DNA of 64,000 bases from Vermamoeba vermiformis (Eukaryota): positions 310,001-374,000 of the forward strand of contig JBEWZL010000209.1 of assembly GCA_045837725.1 (NCBI GenBank). The letters run 5' to 3'. The notes beneath the pieces were generated by a model that made no database searches, was not told the origin of the DNA, and saw only the letters and a program-made list of their open reading frames with translations. Shown here one piece after another: positions 1 to 14,000 of the stretch. A program made the translations under genes and the position numbers. Positions within the stretch are counted from its first letter, which is position 1. Each line of letters opens with the position of its first letter.

Positions 1-2746
1 GAAGTGTCATTTGAAGTGTCGTTAGATTCACTGCCATTCTTAGAACCTACAAACTACATTAGCGGAATGGAATTTCTCGAACATTAAATCGTACTTGGGA
101 ATGCTGTTGCCAATTGTGCAGGAGAAAACTGGAGTAAGTAGTGCATGAAGGATTGATCCGCTTTGTTTTTGTGGCGAATGTTGACTTTGCCGCTTGCAAG
201 AAGTGTCAGAATTATTTGACACGTGTAATCGTCGCACCATGACGACGGATCCAAGAGCATCAGTAAAGGTGTCATATGCATCATTGACTCGTAGGCATTG
301 ACATCTGCACCGCATTCAATCATTGTTTTGATCTCCATTTCTTCATCGGAGTTGAGCACCGCACGATGAAGTGGCGTTTGACCGACCTTGTTCTGAGCAT
401 TGATGTCAATATGCCTTGACAGGTATCGGATCAAATCAAGTATATTTTCCAGCACAACGCCGTCATTATTAATGTCGCCTCTATTTGGGAACAGTGCGTG
501 CAATAGCGTGTTGCCGGCATTGTCGATAATATCGAGTCTCGCACCGTGCGACACGAGCACTTGAACAAGTTCCACTGGCGCACCACATCGAACAGCTGTG
601 TTCATGGGATAGGTTAATCGACCCTTTGCATCGTAGTCACGATTGTTGACATCTGCGCCATGCAGCAGTAGTGAGAACATGGCTTGTGATGCGAATTCTC
701 GGTCTGAAAGTGACAAACATAAGCAGAGTGGATTGACGGTGTTTCCAGCTATATTTGGATCGGCGCCATGTTCTAAAAGCGTATCAACAGATGAAATACT
801 TTGTGCGAGGATTGCTGAAATTAACGGGGTATTGTCGTTCTTGTCGGGCTTGTTAATATCAATCTGCAAACCTTCTAAGATGTCCTCGAAATCTCCTCCC
901 AGTTCTATTAGGTACGTTAATACTGATTGGCCTTTTTCGTTGTAAACTTCGTCGAGTGGGATCTTCACTTCTTCAATAAATTGTTGGAGCTGTTTTACTT
1001 CCATTGCTAAGAGAAAGCGAAATAAAAACTTCGTGGCGAAATCTTTTGGTATGATATCTTTGATGGATTGGTAGCCTTTCATGAAGACCGGAAATAATAA
1101 ACCAATATAATCGGATTCGAATGAAATCTCCACCCCACGTTGGACTAATGCTAGCCAAACAGGATAATTCTCTATAGCATAACTCGCAAAATTATATTCT
1201 CCTTCTTTGGCTGGCCTCAGTAATCTCTCTTCTCCAAAAATGTCGACCAGATCTTCGTACGACGGCGCTTTTTGAACTATTCTTTTGATGTCAACGCTAA
1301 ATAATTGATCCAACTCTTCTTTCGGAAATTGCATTAGAACTTCTTTAACGGAGTTGAAGTCGAATTCTCCTTTGACCAAAGTACTACATAAATTCTGCGG
1401 CGTTGAGTTTTGTGGATTTGACACCAAACCGAACTTCTCTAATAAATCCAGAATGTTGTTTGAGGCTTTATGAGTCCATTTCAAGTTCCACGACCAGGTG
1501 TACACAAGCGTTGGAAACACAAACTGACGGGATCTTTCTGAAAAAGACTCTTCGTATTCTGCGGTGATGTAACCGTGCTTTTCTAAGAATCGTTGAGGTA
1601 CTCCCATGTCTCTATAACTATAAAGCTCCTTAATTGGCGTGTCCACGTGAGTTGAAATAATGTGAGTACGAAGTTCCTTGGAGATCGAAGATCAGGTAAT
1701 GTTGATGAGGAAATCTGCAATTAACTTGAACTCCGAGGGCTTTGCCATACTCCTCGAGCTTTTTCCAGTCTTCTTCGGCCTCTTCCTTCTTGGCATATGA
1801 AGAGGTCTGATTTACGTATAAAGTCTTTAATAACGGAAACATTGTCGTGGTCCAACTGAGGCTTTCAACGTTCTTAGGCAATTTATCGATCACTATTTCG
1901 AGTTCTCTAACTTTATCCGAGATATATTCTGGATTATTGAGGTCGACACCGGTTGGTAGATTTCCACGGAGCAAGGTCAGCTGTTTTACGTTCGGGAATA
2001 ATGGCAACAGTCTAATATTTGTAATTCTAATAGCTAACGTTGTAATCTTCTCGTGTCTTAGAGTATTTTTGCTGGGGTTGGGTATTGAATCCTCGTTTGT
2101 GGAATTTAAAACAAGCGTTGAAAGTGCGCTGGATGCGTTGATAATTCCGGACAAATTGTAAATAGAGCTGTTCGTGTCGCGTATGGCAAGCGTAGAAATT
2201 CTATACTTGGCCAATACAGTATATATTCCTAACAATTTGGTTTTCCAATATTGCAGCGATAACCAGAGCTGTTTGTCAACGTTGGATCGGATCGCGGCTT
2301 GCTGCCAGTGTCTGCAAACAGGTATCAACTGTCGAAGCCAATAGTCAAAGTTAAAATAACCGAAAATATTGTTGCCTAATATCTCCAACGGTATGGCATT
2401 GATTGCTGGAATGATTGATGGGTTGACATCTATCAAAAAAATACCCATTAGCAACAATTATAATGATTATGATATATTATTATTGTTCGTATTTTTCTCG
2501 TGCATATAATTACCTGATACTTGATTGCTATCCACTTCCTGCACAGGCAATAAAATTTATTAATATTTATTAATTATATCTTTTCTGCAGGATTACCATT
2601 GCTTCCACGGGCTGCGAGGTTTCAATTCGTCTCTTTTTGGACATTATTTCGCTATCTTCGTCTAAATAAGGCCTCTTTTTAGACGGGGAAGCCGGTTCTA
2701 GTTGCAACCCATGATCTGATACTTCATGAGGGCTCCGAGAGAGCAT
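1..2746 (-). CDS. F-box + LRR-like + ankyrin-repeat protein (spliced; 3' end probably runs off the window)
   Basis: ATG at 2746 (MLSRSPHEV...KKRR), then two small introns and an F-box-like segment (INAIPLEILGNNIFGYF...LIPVCRHW). A 52-nt GT-AG intron (1669-1618) joins ORF 1630..2457 in frame to ORF 84..1646, which has ankyrin repeats (DNTPLISAI, GNTLLHAL, GQTPLHRAV). A further GTACG..TTGTAG intron near 92-47 continues the frame to the window edge. Confidence 0.75.
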
Positions 2747-3097
2747 TTATGGCGATTTTTTTGCTCGATAATTCTGGTGTCCGTTGCGAGAAAAAAAGAA
2801 AATTAAATTTGCGTGTCATCCAAAGTGTCAGATCGGATCTTTCTCATTAATTTCTTTCTTTAGAATCAAAAAGGATTAAGTTTACAACGAGTAGCCGAGT
2901 GTTGATTTCCTATTCGGATCTGGTATGGTCGTTAAGCACACTGAAAAGTTGTTGGCCTGTTCCAAATTTTTATTCCGTCTGCGAAATCGTCACGAGGGTT
3001 GCGGCAGAGAACTCGAACGATCTTTCCAATTCTGTGTATTATAAGGGCGAGCTTAGTACGGTCTAATAATCAAACTCGTACGAGAACCGAATAAAGC

Positions 3098-6070
3098 ATG
3101 ACAAGCGATAACCGAAACGGGTTTGAAATGCTGCACGACGAGAATCATGCCGAAAAGCGTAAGTGTCGAATTAATTATTGGAAGTAATGATAGTATGACG
3201 TTATAACTAGATTGTACATACGTATGAGTGAGAGATATTCGTTTGATAAACCTAAAATTCAAAATTAAACACAAAAATCGATGCGATAACACATTTACTA
3301 ATGTAAGTTTATTACTAAAGCACTACTCGGCACGAAAGTCGTTAAATTGGTGTTTCGGCTGGTCCGAGAAGGCTTGATCTCACCATGTTCGAGGGGATGC
3401 CTGCTTTTATACTTGGCATTCTTCTTGGTGATACTATCTACAGGTGCCACGTATATGACGTCTATGTGGGTATGTAATTTTGAAATCTTTACATTATTCG
3501 ATGATTATTGAAGGTTTATCTTGCGCTCCCAACCCATCTCAAATTTATTTTATAATTTTAGAGCAAAGAAGCAGCTTGCGCTATAACCTGCAGTTGTGAT
3601 GGCGAAGTCGGCAAAGCAAATATTAGAAGAATTGTTATTATTCTCACGTACTCGACGGGATCTATTGTATTCGCTTCTTGCGCGAGTCAATTGGCAATAT
3701 ACCTAGGTAATATTAATCCCGAAAAATATAAATATTATAGTATATTTATAAATGCATATAGGCATGCGTGCGGGTTTATTTTGGCGCCATTCTTTGGTCC
3801 GCAAGTTGCATAAACAATACCTGCGCAATAAAAATTTTTATGACATTATCGTAAAGGAAAAGAAAATAGTAAGTATCATATAATATTATGTCTTGTTAAC
3901 TTAATTAAGAAATAATTTTGCGATTAGACAATTTTTCAATATTTAAAAATCGTTCATGATTTTCAAGCGGATCCATACCGCATAATTTTTAAGTTCATCC
4001 AAAAAATTAAAACTTAACCTGCTGTTATTTTTCTAGGATAACCCTGATCAACGCATCACCTCAGATGTTCGTGACTTTGTCGCGTTGCTATGTGGAGATC
4101 AAGGTCCATTCGCCGAGTCCCTCGTCATCGCCTTATTTTCATCTATTCGTAAGTATATAATAAAACATTATTTAGCATAATATTAATGTTCTATATTAGT
4201 TAATATCTCCGTATTCACGTACCTCGTCATCGATGCTGCAGGTCTTATGGGCATTGCAGTGCCTCTCGGGTATGTTTTTACAGCGAAATTTCGCCATTTG
4301 CAGGCCTAATTTCCTTTTATGGTCACTGTAGTTGGAGTCTCTTCGGATCCATCGTCAACTTTTTCTTCGCGCGAAGACTTCCTGCTGCCCAGTACTCGCT
4401 CGAAAAGCGCGAAGGTAACATGAGATTCGCGCACATGAGAATCAGAACTTACGCCGAGTCTATTGCCTTTTTTGGAGGTGAAAGTCAAGAAAAAGAATTG
4501 GTCGATAAGGTACGTTCAAAACAAAAGCGGATGCGGGCATAAATTTTCTTCCAGTGACTTACTCGTTCATGAAAATATTTTAGGAGCTCAGTGCCGTCGT
4601 TAAATCAAAGTTGTCGCTTTATCATCGTATTTTGCCCTTGACTCTCATGTCTCAATTTCTCTCGGCCGGAAACGTCGCCATTCCTTTCCTACGTAAGTCC
4701 ATCGCTCTAATTATACCCGTCATTATAATAATGATCGATTTGTTAGTACCTTTGTTGGCAATGCTTCCTACTGAAAAATGCACGTTCAATGTCGGTGACT
4801 TGATGTTGCTGTCTACCGTGATCCGACTGCTAGTCGACCAACTCTTGCAAATCCCAAAGTACTTCAGTCTCTTTGGCGCCTTAGGAGGATTTGCTGCTCG
4901 TGTCGGTAAGTAAAAATATATACTAGTGATAGATATTATGAAGCTATAAGTGGAGTTTGGTGAGCTCAAACATGTCACCAAACACGGATCTACTTCATAA
5001 ATTGATAGTGAATCATTTTGATAATTAACGATAATATTATTAATTACACGTGTCATCAATACTACATTATACTTACTTGCCTTAATAAGGTCAAATGCTC
5101 GAGATCTTGGACATGGTCAATGAAGAACGATGGCAAGAAACTCAAAGTGGCTCAGTAATTACATCAGATCATATAGAGCTTCAGAACGTCTCCGTGACCA
5201 CTCCTAATGGCAAGCTGCTCGTAAAAGATTTATCTTTAGTGGTGGACACAGGAAAAAGTCTCGTAATAACGGGTCTCAGGTATTTCTTAACTTTTTCAAA
5301 TTGTGATACGCCTACATGATACTCATATAGTTAATACGTATATCATTAGTGGTGTTGGAAAGAGCTCTATTCTACGGACGATAGCTGGATTGTGGGAGCA
5401 CAGGTTTGGAACGGTGTTACGCCCACGTGTGCACGATTGGTCCAAATTGTTTTTCGTGCCTCAAAAGTAAGTCTCGAGACTAAGCTAGGCATCTATATTA
5501 ACGTGTTAGGTCGTACCTTGGTGTTGGAACATTACGTCAACAAATCATTTATCCACAACGTGAAAGTGACGTTCACTTGGCTCCAGACGTTGAATACTAC
5601 GACATATTGAAGAGAGTGGGCTTAGAGACGATATTAACTACGTAAGTCGGTTTCAGATATTTTGTGTTCACATCGGACCAAATGTAGGTCTTGATTCGCT
5701 GTCACCACCTGTCAAAATATTCGACTAATTTTTGGTTCGCCATTCGTCCCATAATTCGATTACTAATTTTAGGATATTCAGCGTTAATCTCGATACTGAG
5801 CTAGTGTGGGAAGAAGTTCTGAGTCCTGGTGAAGTGCAGCGGATAGGTTTTGCACGAGTTTTATATCACAAACCGGAATTCATATTCTTGGATGAAAGCA
5901 CTAGCGCATTAGATTTAGAAACTGAAGCTATGTGCATGCAAGCGTGCGTTGATATTGGCGCTACATTAATTAGTGTCGCACATAGACCATCAGTTATTAA
6001 GTACCATCAACGGATGCTGCAGATCCAACCCGACGGAACATACGTATTGAAGAATCTACAAGAGATATAG
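3098..6070 (+). CDS. ABC transporter subfamily D (peroxisomal/lysosomal-type half transporter), multi-exon
   Basis: DNPDQRITSDV, EAA-like motif (EGNMRFAHMRIRTYAESIAFFGGE), Walker A GLSGVGKSS split by an intron, LFFVPQ, signature LSPGEVQRIGFAR, Walker B IFLDESTSALD, SVAHR. Confidence 0.9.
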
Positions 6071-6261
6071 ACGATAGAGATAATAAATGTACATATTAAT
6101 TTCAGCATCCGGGTCAGAAATATCCGAGAAAATGAATCACATCCACAAAAGGCAGACAGCAAAATCTTCGAATTAAGTGAGACGCACAAACTGAAAGTCA
6201 CGCAAAGCTATTATGAAACCGCAGGTATTAGTTTTTATTACAAAAAAACTAAGAAAGTAAT

Positions 6262-6819
6262 TTAGAGCAAAGCGGCGGCACCCATCAAAGCCAAGACGGG
6301 GGCGACGCAAGTAGCGCTGGAGGACTTGGTGGGGGCAGCAGCGGCGCAAGAAATGCAGTCAGTGGAGTCCTTGGCGGCGTAGGGCTTGTCGGAGCCAGAA
6401 CCAGAGTTGGCATCGCAGTAAGAGTCTTCTTGGCAGACTTGGCAGCAGTTGTAGCAAGGCTTTTGGCTGGTGGGAGCAGCATCAGGAGTAGCGCAGTCAG
6501 AGTCAGAAGAGCAAGCTTGCAACAAGCAGAAGAAACCCTCGGGTTGGCCAGTACCAGTGCAGAAACCTTCAGGGCTGGTGTTCTTCTTGGGGCAGATCTT
6601 GGTCCAAGCGTCGTAAGAGGCTTGAGTGCAGAAGAAAGTGAAGTCGGTCATAGTGGAGCCAGCAGAAGCAGCGCAGGCCTTGGCGGGGAGCTTAGCTTGG
6701 AGAGCAGTGGTGTTGCAGAAAGGGTTGGTGTCCTTGTTGGAAGTGTCTTGACAAACGCGAGCAGCAGATGCGGCGTAAGTAAGAACGAGAGCAACAGCGA
6801 TGATAACGATGGCGCGCAT
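6262..6819 (-). CDS. Secreted cysteine-rich, probably GPI-anchored surface protein
   Basis: Intronless 185-aa ORF with signal peptide, many Cys, C-terminal SSS followed by a hydrophobic tail; GC-rich codon bias. Confidence 0.8.
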   Translation of the reverse strand: MRAIVIIAVALVLTYAASAARVCQDTSNKDTNPFCNTTALQAKLPAKACAASAGSTMTDFTFFCTQASYDAWTKICPKKNTSPEGFCTGTGQPEGFFCLLQACSSDSDCATPDAAPTSQKPCYNCCQVCQEDSYCDANSGSGSDKPYAAKDSTDCISCAAAAPTKSSSATCVAPVLALMGAAALL

Positions 6820-6894
6820 TGTTAATATATATTAAGTGTTGTTATACTGATTAACGTTATGATAACAATGAATTATTTAGCTGCAATCAAGTCA

Positions 6895-6903
6895 CTATTT
6901 ATG
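6895..6903 (-). promoter_or_regulatory. Putative TATA-like element CATAAATAG
   Basis: About 80 nt upstream of ATG 6819; the same 9-mer lies about 70 nt upstream of ATG 48650. Confidence 0.4.
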
Positions 6904-7785
6904 CTGGAGACACCTGTCAATCAAACGATCGCGTCACGTGGTTCATTCACAAAAAATATCTTTAGGCGTCATCTCATTGGTCAAGTAATCATCTGCTCGT
7001 TCAGGATTGGTCAGCGACAGTCACATGGGCCTCGTTAATTCACAACTACAACTTTTCGGCGCCAGAAATAACCCAGAAACTAGCCACTTCTCTGAAAACT
7101 CTGCAGATCTAGTTTCGGTTGGCTCGTTTATGATGATACTAGAGGTCAAGACCGTTAGGGCTGACGTGATCCGAGTTACCGGAGGGGGATCCGTGATACT
7201 GCGCATATTCATCCGACGGTGGATCAACGTAAGAAACAGGTCAGAATGGACAATTTTATGGCTCAATTACTCACTACGAACTCGTTTTAATAGGGAGATG
7301 TTAATACTGTGCTCAAATACAGCTGAAATCGGACAACGGGACAAGTGAACTTCAAATGGATCTGGATTGACTGCGTTCATCCAACGTTTCTAATTGGTCA
7401 ACTACATCGTCATTACATAGGATAGCTATGATATCAATGGAGTCGGGCGATTTCAGCTTAGATCAGGAAGCAAAGGTAATGTAACTGGATGTGGTCTAAC
7501 CGCAGTCACTTGAGTGTCATTGCGAGACAGGACCTCTATATCACAACAATATGGGGACGTATTCTACATAAGAAAGAATCTTTATTCGAGGAACTCATCC
7601 AGATGATATGACAGATCAATACGTAAGTTAGAATAACGGGATCCTCTTGTAGAACTTAGTTTTGTGTTTAGCTTTACTACCACTGCCACGACCATATTCA
7701 TTAATAGTATTTGTTAGATCCGGGTTCGTAATCAATTAGACAGTACGTCCCTTTGGTGGCATCTGAAACGTCGTGGAGAAGGTCT

Positions 7786-8541
7786 TTACGAATCTTCAGT
7801 TTTGTTCTATTTAATGGATGACCATGTAAGTACAAACCGATTATAATAGAGTTCATATGAAATTACCTTGCCAACGTTAAGCATTAGCCAAAGACAATCG
7901 TCTTCTTGGATTCCAAGATCTGACATTGTGGCGTCGTTGTTAAGCTCTTTTCCTTTATATATGATTCGTTGGATATTTACATCCACAGTTTCACGCGCCA
8001 AAATCTTTTTTTTGATTTCCAAAATGGTATCTGTTGGATGCATAGCAAAAAAAAACGTCTGGCTGTAATTTTTGACTCGAATATTGATTACGCCAGTATT
8101 TTCAGACACCGTCATATTAATAGTACTATCGTTTTCGATATTATATTCTTTTACGGGCAGATCATTGTTGTCCAAAATTTTGCCAGCGAGTTCTAACCGT
8201 TGGTTAATTATTGGTGCGCCTATTGACTTTTCAATTAATATTTTTACGTCTTTTAACGTTAAATTAGCATCAATATTCAATTTACGCGTTTGACCAGTTG
8301 AAGTCTTCACAAAACACCAGATGCGCGGCTTTAAAATTAATTCTACGATCGTTTCTTCTTTAATATTATAATCTCCTATTGTTTTATCATTTTCGAGCAA
8401 TTTTCCCTCGTAATTTAATTGTTGTTGATCCACGTTTATCTCTCGTTGCTCTTGAATTATTTGTTTGACTTTCTCGATAGTAAAAGTTGGTTCCACATCC
8501 AATACGAATTCACCAGTAGTAGATCTTATTATAATACGCAT
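7786..8541 (-). CDS. Protein of three divergent ubiquitin-like domains
   Basis: Three UBL repeats (QQQLNYEGKLLENDKTIGDYNIKE; QRLELAGKILDNND; QRIIYKGKELNND). An AAG|GTAATT intron leads to last exon NKTEDS*. No C-terminal GG. Confidence 0.85.
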
Positions 8542-8674
8542 ATTTGATTGTGTTATGCACCAAACGTAAATAAAAATTAAATCGGCAACGGATCATCAAA
8601 GTCTAAAAGCGAATTCAATTTAAATATTGTTTTGTATAATAGAGACGCTAGTATATCGGCAATAATTATTAGCT

Positions 8675-10492
8675 TTATTTCTTTGCAGCGGCACTCGCAT
8701 TTGTATTCGATGCAGTTGGAGTCTTACTCTCGGCTTCCAACGCATCCAGACCGAAAAATTCTCGTGCAGTGGCTGTTGTTTGCTTAGCGATCTCTTCTTC
8801 CTATAACGATGAGCATTAATTTAGATATTCAACGGAATCAGATCCAGTACAAAGCTCGATCTAGTTGACCAGCTCGTTAGTGGCGCATTGTTATACTTAC
8901 AGACATATCCATGCACTCAGCGAGCTTCTTAACAACGAATGGCAGCAACATTGCTTCATTTCTGCGCACCTTGTTGAATTTCGGCATATTTCGCGGTGTC
9001 AAGTACGGCGCATCCGTCTCGATCATCAACCTGCAGGAAAAAAACAGTCAGTACTCGTAATAATATGATAATATTGGTCTAATCTGATAACATACCTATT
9101 TAAAGGAATCTTTTTAACTATTCGTTGCAGCTCGAGTCCTCTTCGTTCGTCGCAAACCCAGCCGGTAATACCTGACAATAGGGCAACGTTAGTATTGTTA
9201 TTACTTAATACTTGGACACGCTATTTTAATGATGACAAAAGCCACGCATGGCTAAAAGTTTGCAACTACAGATGCGGACAACTTACCAATATAAAAGCCC
9301 ATTTCCAAATACGTATCGAGTTCCTTTTCAGTGCCAGTGAAGCAGTGCACGACAGCCTTGCCTACTTTGTCTTTATATTGTTTCATAATCGCTACGAATC
9401 GCTCGTGCGCGTCGCGTTCATGAAGGAACAAAGGCTTCTTGGTCTCAACGGCCAACTTCAATTGTTCTTCAAACCACTATAATAATGTTAATATGGGTCT
9501 CAAATATATCATATTATATGCTATGAATCCGAATTTAAAAGTAAATGTACGATAAAAATTTGTTCAAAAGTCACGCGGTCACACTGCCTGTTCGTACCTT
9601 TTCTTGCACGTCTCTAGGCGAGAAATCTCTATCAAAATCTAATCCGCATTCACCGACGGCAACTACCTAACAATGGCATATGTATCAGTAAATGGAGATA
9701 CTAACGAGTGAGGTTGCAATGTGGCAAAGTTGCGAGTATCGAGATCCGAATGAAAAACACTTACTTCTTTGTTACTGAGCAGTTTGCGCAAGAAGGGAAT
9801 AGTTTGATCATTGCACGACTTGGCAGTGTGCGGGTGAATGCCTGCTGTTGAATATAACACACCCGGGTATTGTTTGGCCAATTGGAACGTTTGTTCGCTA
9901 CTCTTAATTGAACTTCCTAAATAGCATACAATTAAATTCGGTTACAATATAGTAAATACAGCAATAAATAAATTAGCTCGTGTAACGGATCTGGTGCGGT
10001 CTTTTTACCTGTCAAAATCATAATATCAACTCCTGCTTGCTTGGCTCGTTCAACGACTTCAGCTCTATCTTTATCAAAGTGGTCGCTAGCTAAGTTAAGA
10101 CCAATATCAATCGTCGACCATTCTCGATCGGGCACGGGGATCTTGTAATCGCTGTTACGGTTGCCGTTATTGTTATTGTTATGATGTCCGCCTCTATGGC
10201 CTCCATGACCTCCACGGTGTCCGTGAGGAGCGTGGTGGCCTCCTCGGTGGTTATTATGAGCCGGTTGATGACCACCAGCGTTGTTATGATTATTTGTATT
10301 ATTGTTCGTTGCAGATCCAGCGTTATTTGAACGCGCTACGTATTGGACTTTGCCAGAACTATTTTTTAAAAAATAAATCAATCAGTAAAACCGATTATTA
10401 ACTGGACATATGGTCTTGGACAAGTTTCAAATCCGTGATAAATGAATGTATTCGAATAAAAATTACCTGAAGGGTTTCTTAGGGTTGCTCAT
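8675..10492 (-). CDS. tatD: TatD-family nuclease with N-terminal His/Asn/RGG low-complexity extension
   Basis: Spliced motifs [66 protein letters not shown]. Confidence 0.92.
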
Positions 10493-11018
10493 TATGAATA
10501 AGTTGACGTTTGCTTGGTGTTTGTTTGATCTAAATTAAGTCAAAATAAATCGTTTGACGATCTTTGTTGTTGAACAGAGAAATTTGTTGGAATGTCCCTC
10601 TTATAATATCATATTATTCTTGTACTTATACGTACCTAGATTCAAATATCGATGATTGGTTGATTGCGCGCAGTGAGTTCAAGTAGACAGATCCTCTGCG
10701 AGTTACTAAAGAGAACATCAACTACAATAAATATATACCTAACACGAGAGACTGACTTGTTGTACTCGTACGCAAGCGAAAAAATAAACTTTTAAAAAAC
10801 GATCCAATAGAACCGGCGCGAAGAAAATTCAGTTTCATCCTTTCGCTAAGTTCAAACATGCTAGTGGCATATCTCCAAATAATTTCTGTTGCTATAATAT
10901 CTGCAAAGTTGTACAGATACTACAGAGCGTACATTACATAAAACGGAATCTTTCCTTTTATAGATCTACCAAAATCATCGTTTGAATTTTACTTAATTTT
11001 CTCAACGATACGGTGCCA

Positions 11019-14000
11019 ATGACCAAACAAGCCAAGCTAGACTTTTGCGAGGTAATTATTGCGTATTCGAGATTTGTTTCAAACTGCCAATCTGCGTGGT
11101 GGAACCACAGCCTAACTGAATTAGAAGCCAATACTAATATAATAATTAACATATTATTTTAGCTCCTGGCAAATGATTCGCTTGACATTGTCGAGGCTTT
11201 TAGCAGCCAAGTAATATTGCAGGCGGATCGAGCCAGAACGCAAGTACTGTGCCAAGCATTATCAGACTTTTTTGAAGCGCAAGGACGTAGTTTAAAATTA
11301 ATTAATTGGTCTATTCAAGATGAAGTTGAAGCATCGAGTAAGTCAAATTCAATTTTAATTTTTAGATTTGATCTTCAATAATCTATTAAATCGAATCTCA
11401 CCGGTTCAAAACAATTATAAGTAATAGCATATAATAGTGTTAAATTGAAAATTCAAGATTTTCTCGGTCGTTTTGATTACGCCCGAAGTATTTTGTTGTT
11501 GTAGGTGACAACACTTTCTTTCCAATTTTCAAATTGTTTTCTCGAACAATGTAATAGTAAATATAATTATTATGTGCCTATTAAAATTCCCAACTCCGAC
11601 GTTCCGTTACTTCTGGAGTCACATCCAATTTGTACTACTAGTAACTCGAGCACAAAATCTCTTTATCCCGAATATTATTCGACTGTATCTTTCTAAAGAG
11701 GCGTATAATTAACGTTCTTACTGCTCAGAGGCCGATGGTTCGGTGTTTCGAGGCACATCTGCTGCAACGTTGCTCATGAACGTCTTCTTCAAGAAAGTAG
11801 GCTCGGAATATTTAAAGCATACTATTAGTTCAGCTGTTCAAGATATATGCACATGCAATTGCACATTTGAGGTAGGTATACTCCCAATTGTACCGAAATC
11901 CGAAAACTGATCCAGGTTGCCGATAATTAATTTCTGAATTTAGATATCTCCCGATAAATGTCCTTCTGAGGAGTTAAAGGTCAACGTATTGAAGATATTC
12001 TCCGTTGCTCAACGACTACTGAACAGTATTATTGAAAATATTGATGAATGTCCAGTGTACGTACCAGATCAACTTTAAAAACTTCGCTTGCAACTTACAT
12101 TGGCAGAAAAAATATACTATAGCAAATTATTAAGTGGAACGATATAAATATTTAATTGAAATGATTTTAATACTTTTTTGGTAGGCCGATCCGAGTCACT
12201 TTGAACATGCTCAAACGAGAGGTTGCCAAGAAATTTCCATCATTACAAGGAGTAGTTGTCGGCAGCTTTTTGTTCTTAAGATTCTTCTGCCCAGCCATTG
12301 TTTCTCCCGAAGAACTCAACATTTTACAAAGTACGTACATGCACCACTTGCCACGACGATATAATAATATGGCGGCGTATTAACATAATTTCAGCACCGC
12401 CTTCGCAGACAGCCCGACGCGGGTTAATTCTAGTATCAAAACTGTTGCAGAATTTGGCTAACGGACTCGAGTTTGGTAACAAAGAACCAGCCATGGCCTC
12501 GTTTAATCCATTCATCACTGACAACAAAGAAAAAGTAGACGCATTCTTCAATATTCTTGCTGTAAGTACACCTATATATGGCGTATAATACGATCGTATT
12601 TACTGAATCTTATGTGACCAATAGGACGTAAGTGTCAATTTGCCCGAGGCAGTGCATTCGCACCTCAAATCAATGAACTCTGGAATCCAAAAGACCCGTA
12701 GTCAATCGACCTCTGGAACACCAGACAACGAAATCAATTCAAAAAAGAGGTAATTACATTGTGATTCAAATTCAATTGAATTGTTGCACAATCTTCGTCG
12801 GAGGAATTTCACGAGTTGACATTTCATTCATATTTAATTAACGCACGTATTGTATAGCAAAAAGAAGCGTGGGAGATCTAAATCAATGGAAGAACAGCGC
12901 AAAAAAGCTGTCAGCAGCAGTCCTCTAACCAGTGCAGATCAGCTCAATGACGGCACGTATGACAGCAGTATTAACGATCCAATCTATGAGGACGATGAAG
13001 AAGAGGAAGACAGTGGTAGTGAAGAGCATGGACCAACGACAAGCGAAAGTGAGCCGTTGGATCTGACCCATCGTAAAATCAATGCGAGGAGAGTAAAACG
13101 CTTCACTAACTCGTTGAGCGAGGACGTTCTGTCTCAATTCATCGTACGTAGAAATTTCACGGAGTTGCTCATACGTTGCTTTATTAACGTTCCTCATATC
13201 TAGAACACGAAGCTGGCTTTGTTCCAAGTGTCCGTGACTCGGTTCGAAGAAGTTTTCAACATCATCTTGCATTGCGTTAGACAGAACCTCGATGCAATCA
13301 GCGACTATCTATTGGTCAAGGATAAGGTACGGTACACTTATGTACATCTATTAATGAAAAATATTAATTAACGTGAGTCAAATGCCTAGTCCGAGATTGT
13401 GGATAAACTCAAAGAGATTTTGTTGATTTTGGGAAGTACTCGGGCAAGGTCGAACAGTGCAATCGAAGAGCGTTTGAAAGAGCACGAGAAATTGTACGCC
13501 CAATCACAGTATTTCATGGGCACTGCTTCACCGCAACGGAATTTATCGCCAGCGAATCAGAAGCCTACAAAAGTTTTGAAAAAGCCGTCGTTCAAGAAGG
13601 AAGTCAAAATAGGTGTGACCAAAGGCTTCGAGCTGTAAGTAGAAACATCTGTGTATTTGCTTTAACCCCGAACTAATGAAATTTCAGCGACAAAAGCAAG
13701 TCCCCGCGAGACCGTCGTGATTCATCACCACCCGCCAGAAAATTGAGTTTCGTAAACAGCCCTCGTGATAACATTTTCTCATCGAGTAACGAAGAAAAAC
13801 CTGACAAGGACAATCGCAGAAAGAGTGATAAAAGGAAGAGTGCCACACGAGTACGTAGTGTACATGATGTTCTTACAAAACTGACCAATCACGAGCAGCC
13901 TACCGGTTCTGCGTCCGATTCTTCGTTGCTAAGGAACGAGCTAAATACGATCAAAGAAGAAATGCAGCAAGTCATGGCTGTAAGCACTTAATTATGCGAT

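Noticed and set aside
7021-7500. Minus-strand LLKRVRSE*LSHKIVHSDL, faintly like a kinase HRD region
   Set aside because: Single weak motif among stops; no other kinase motifs found.
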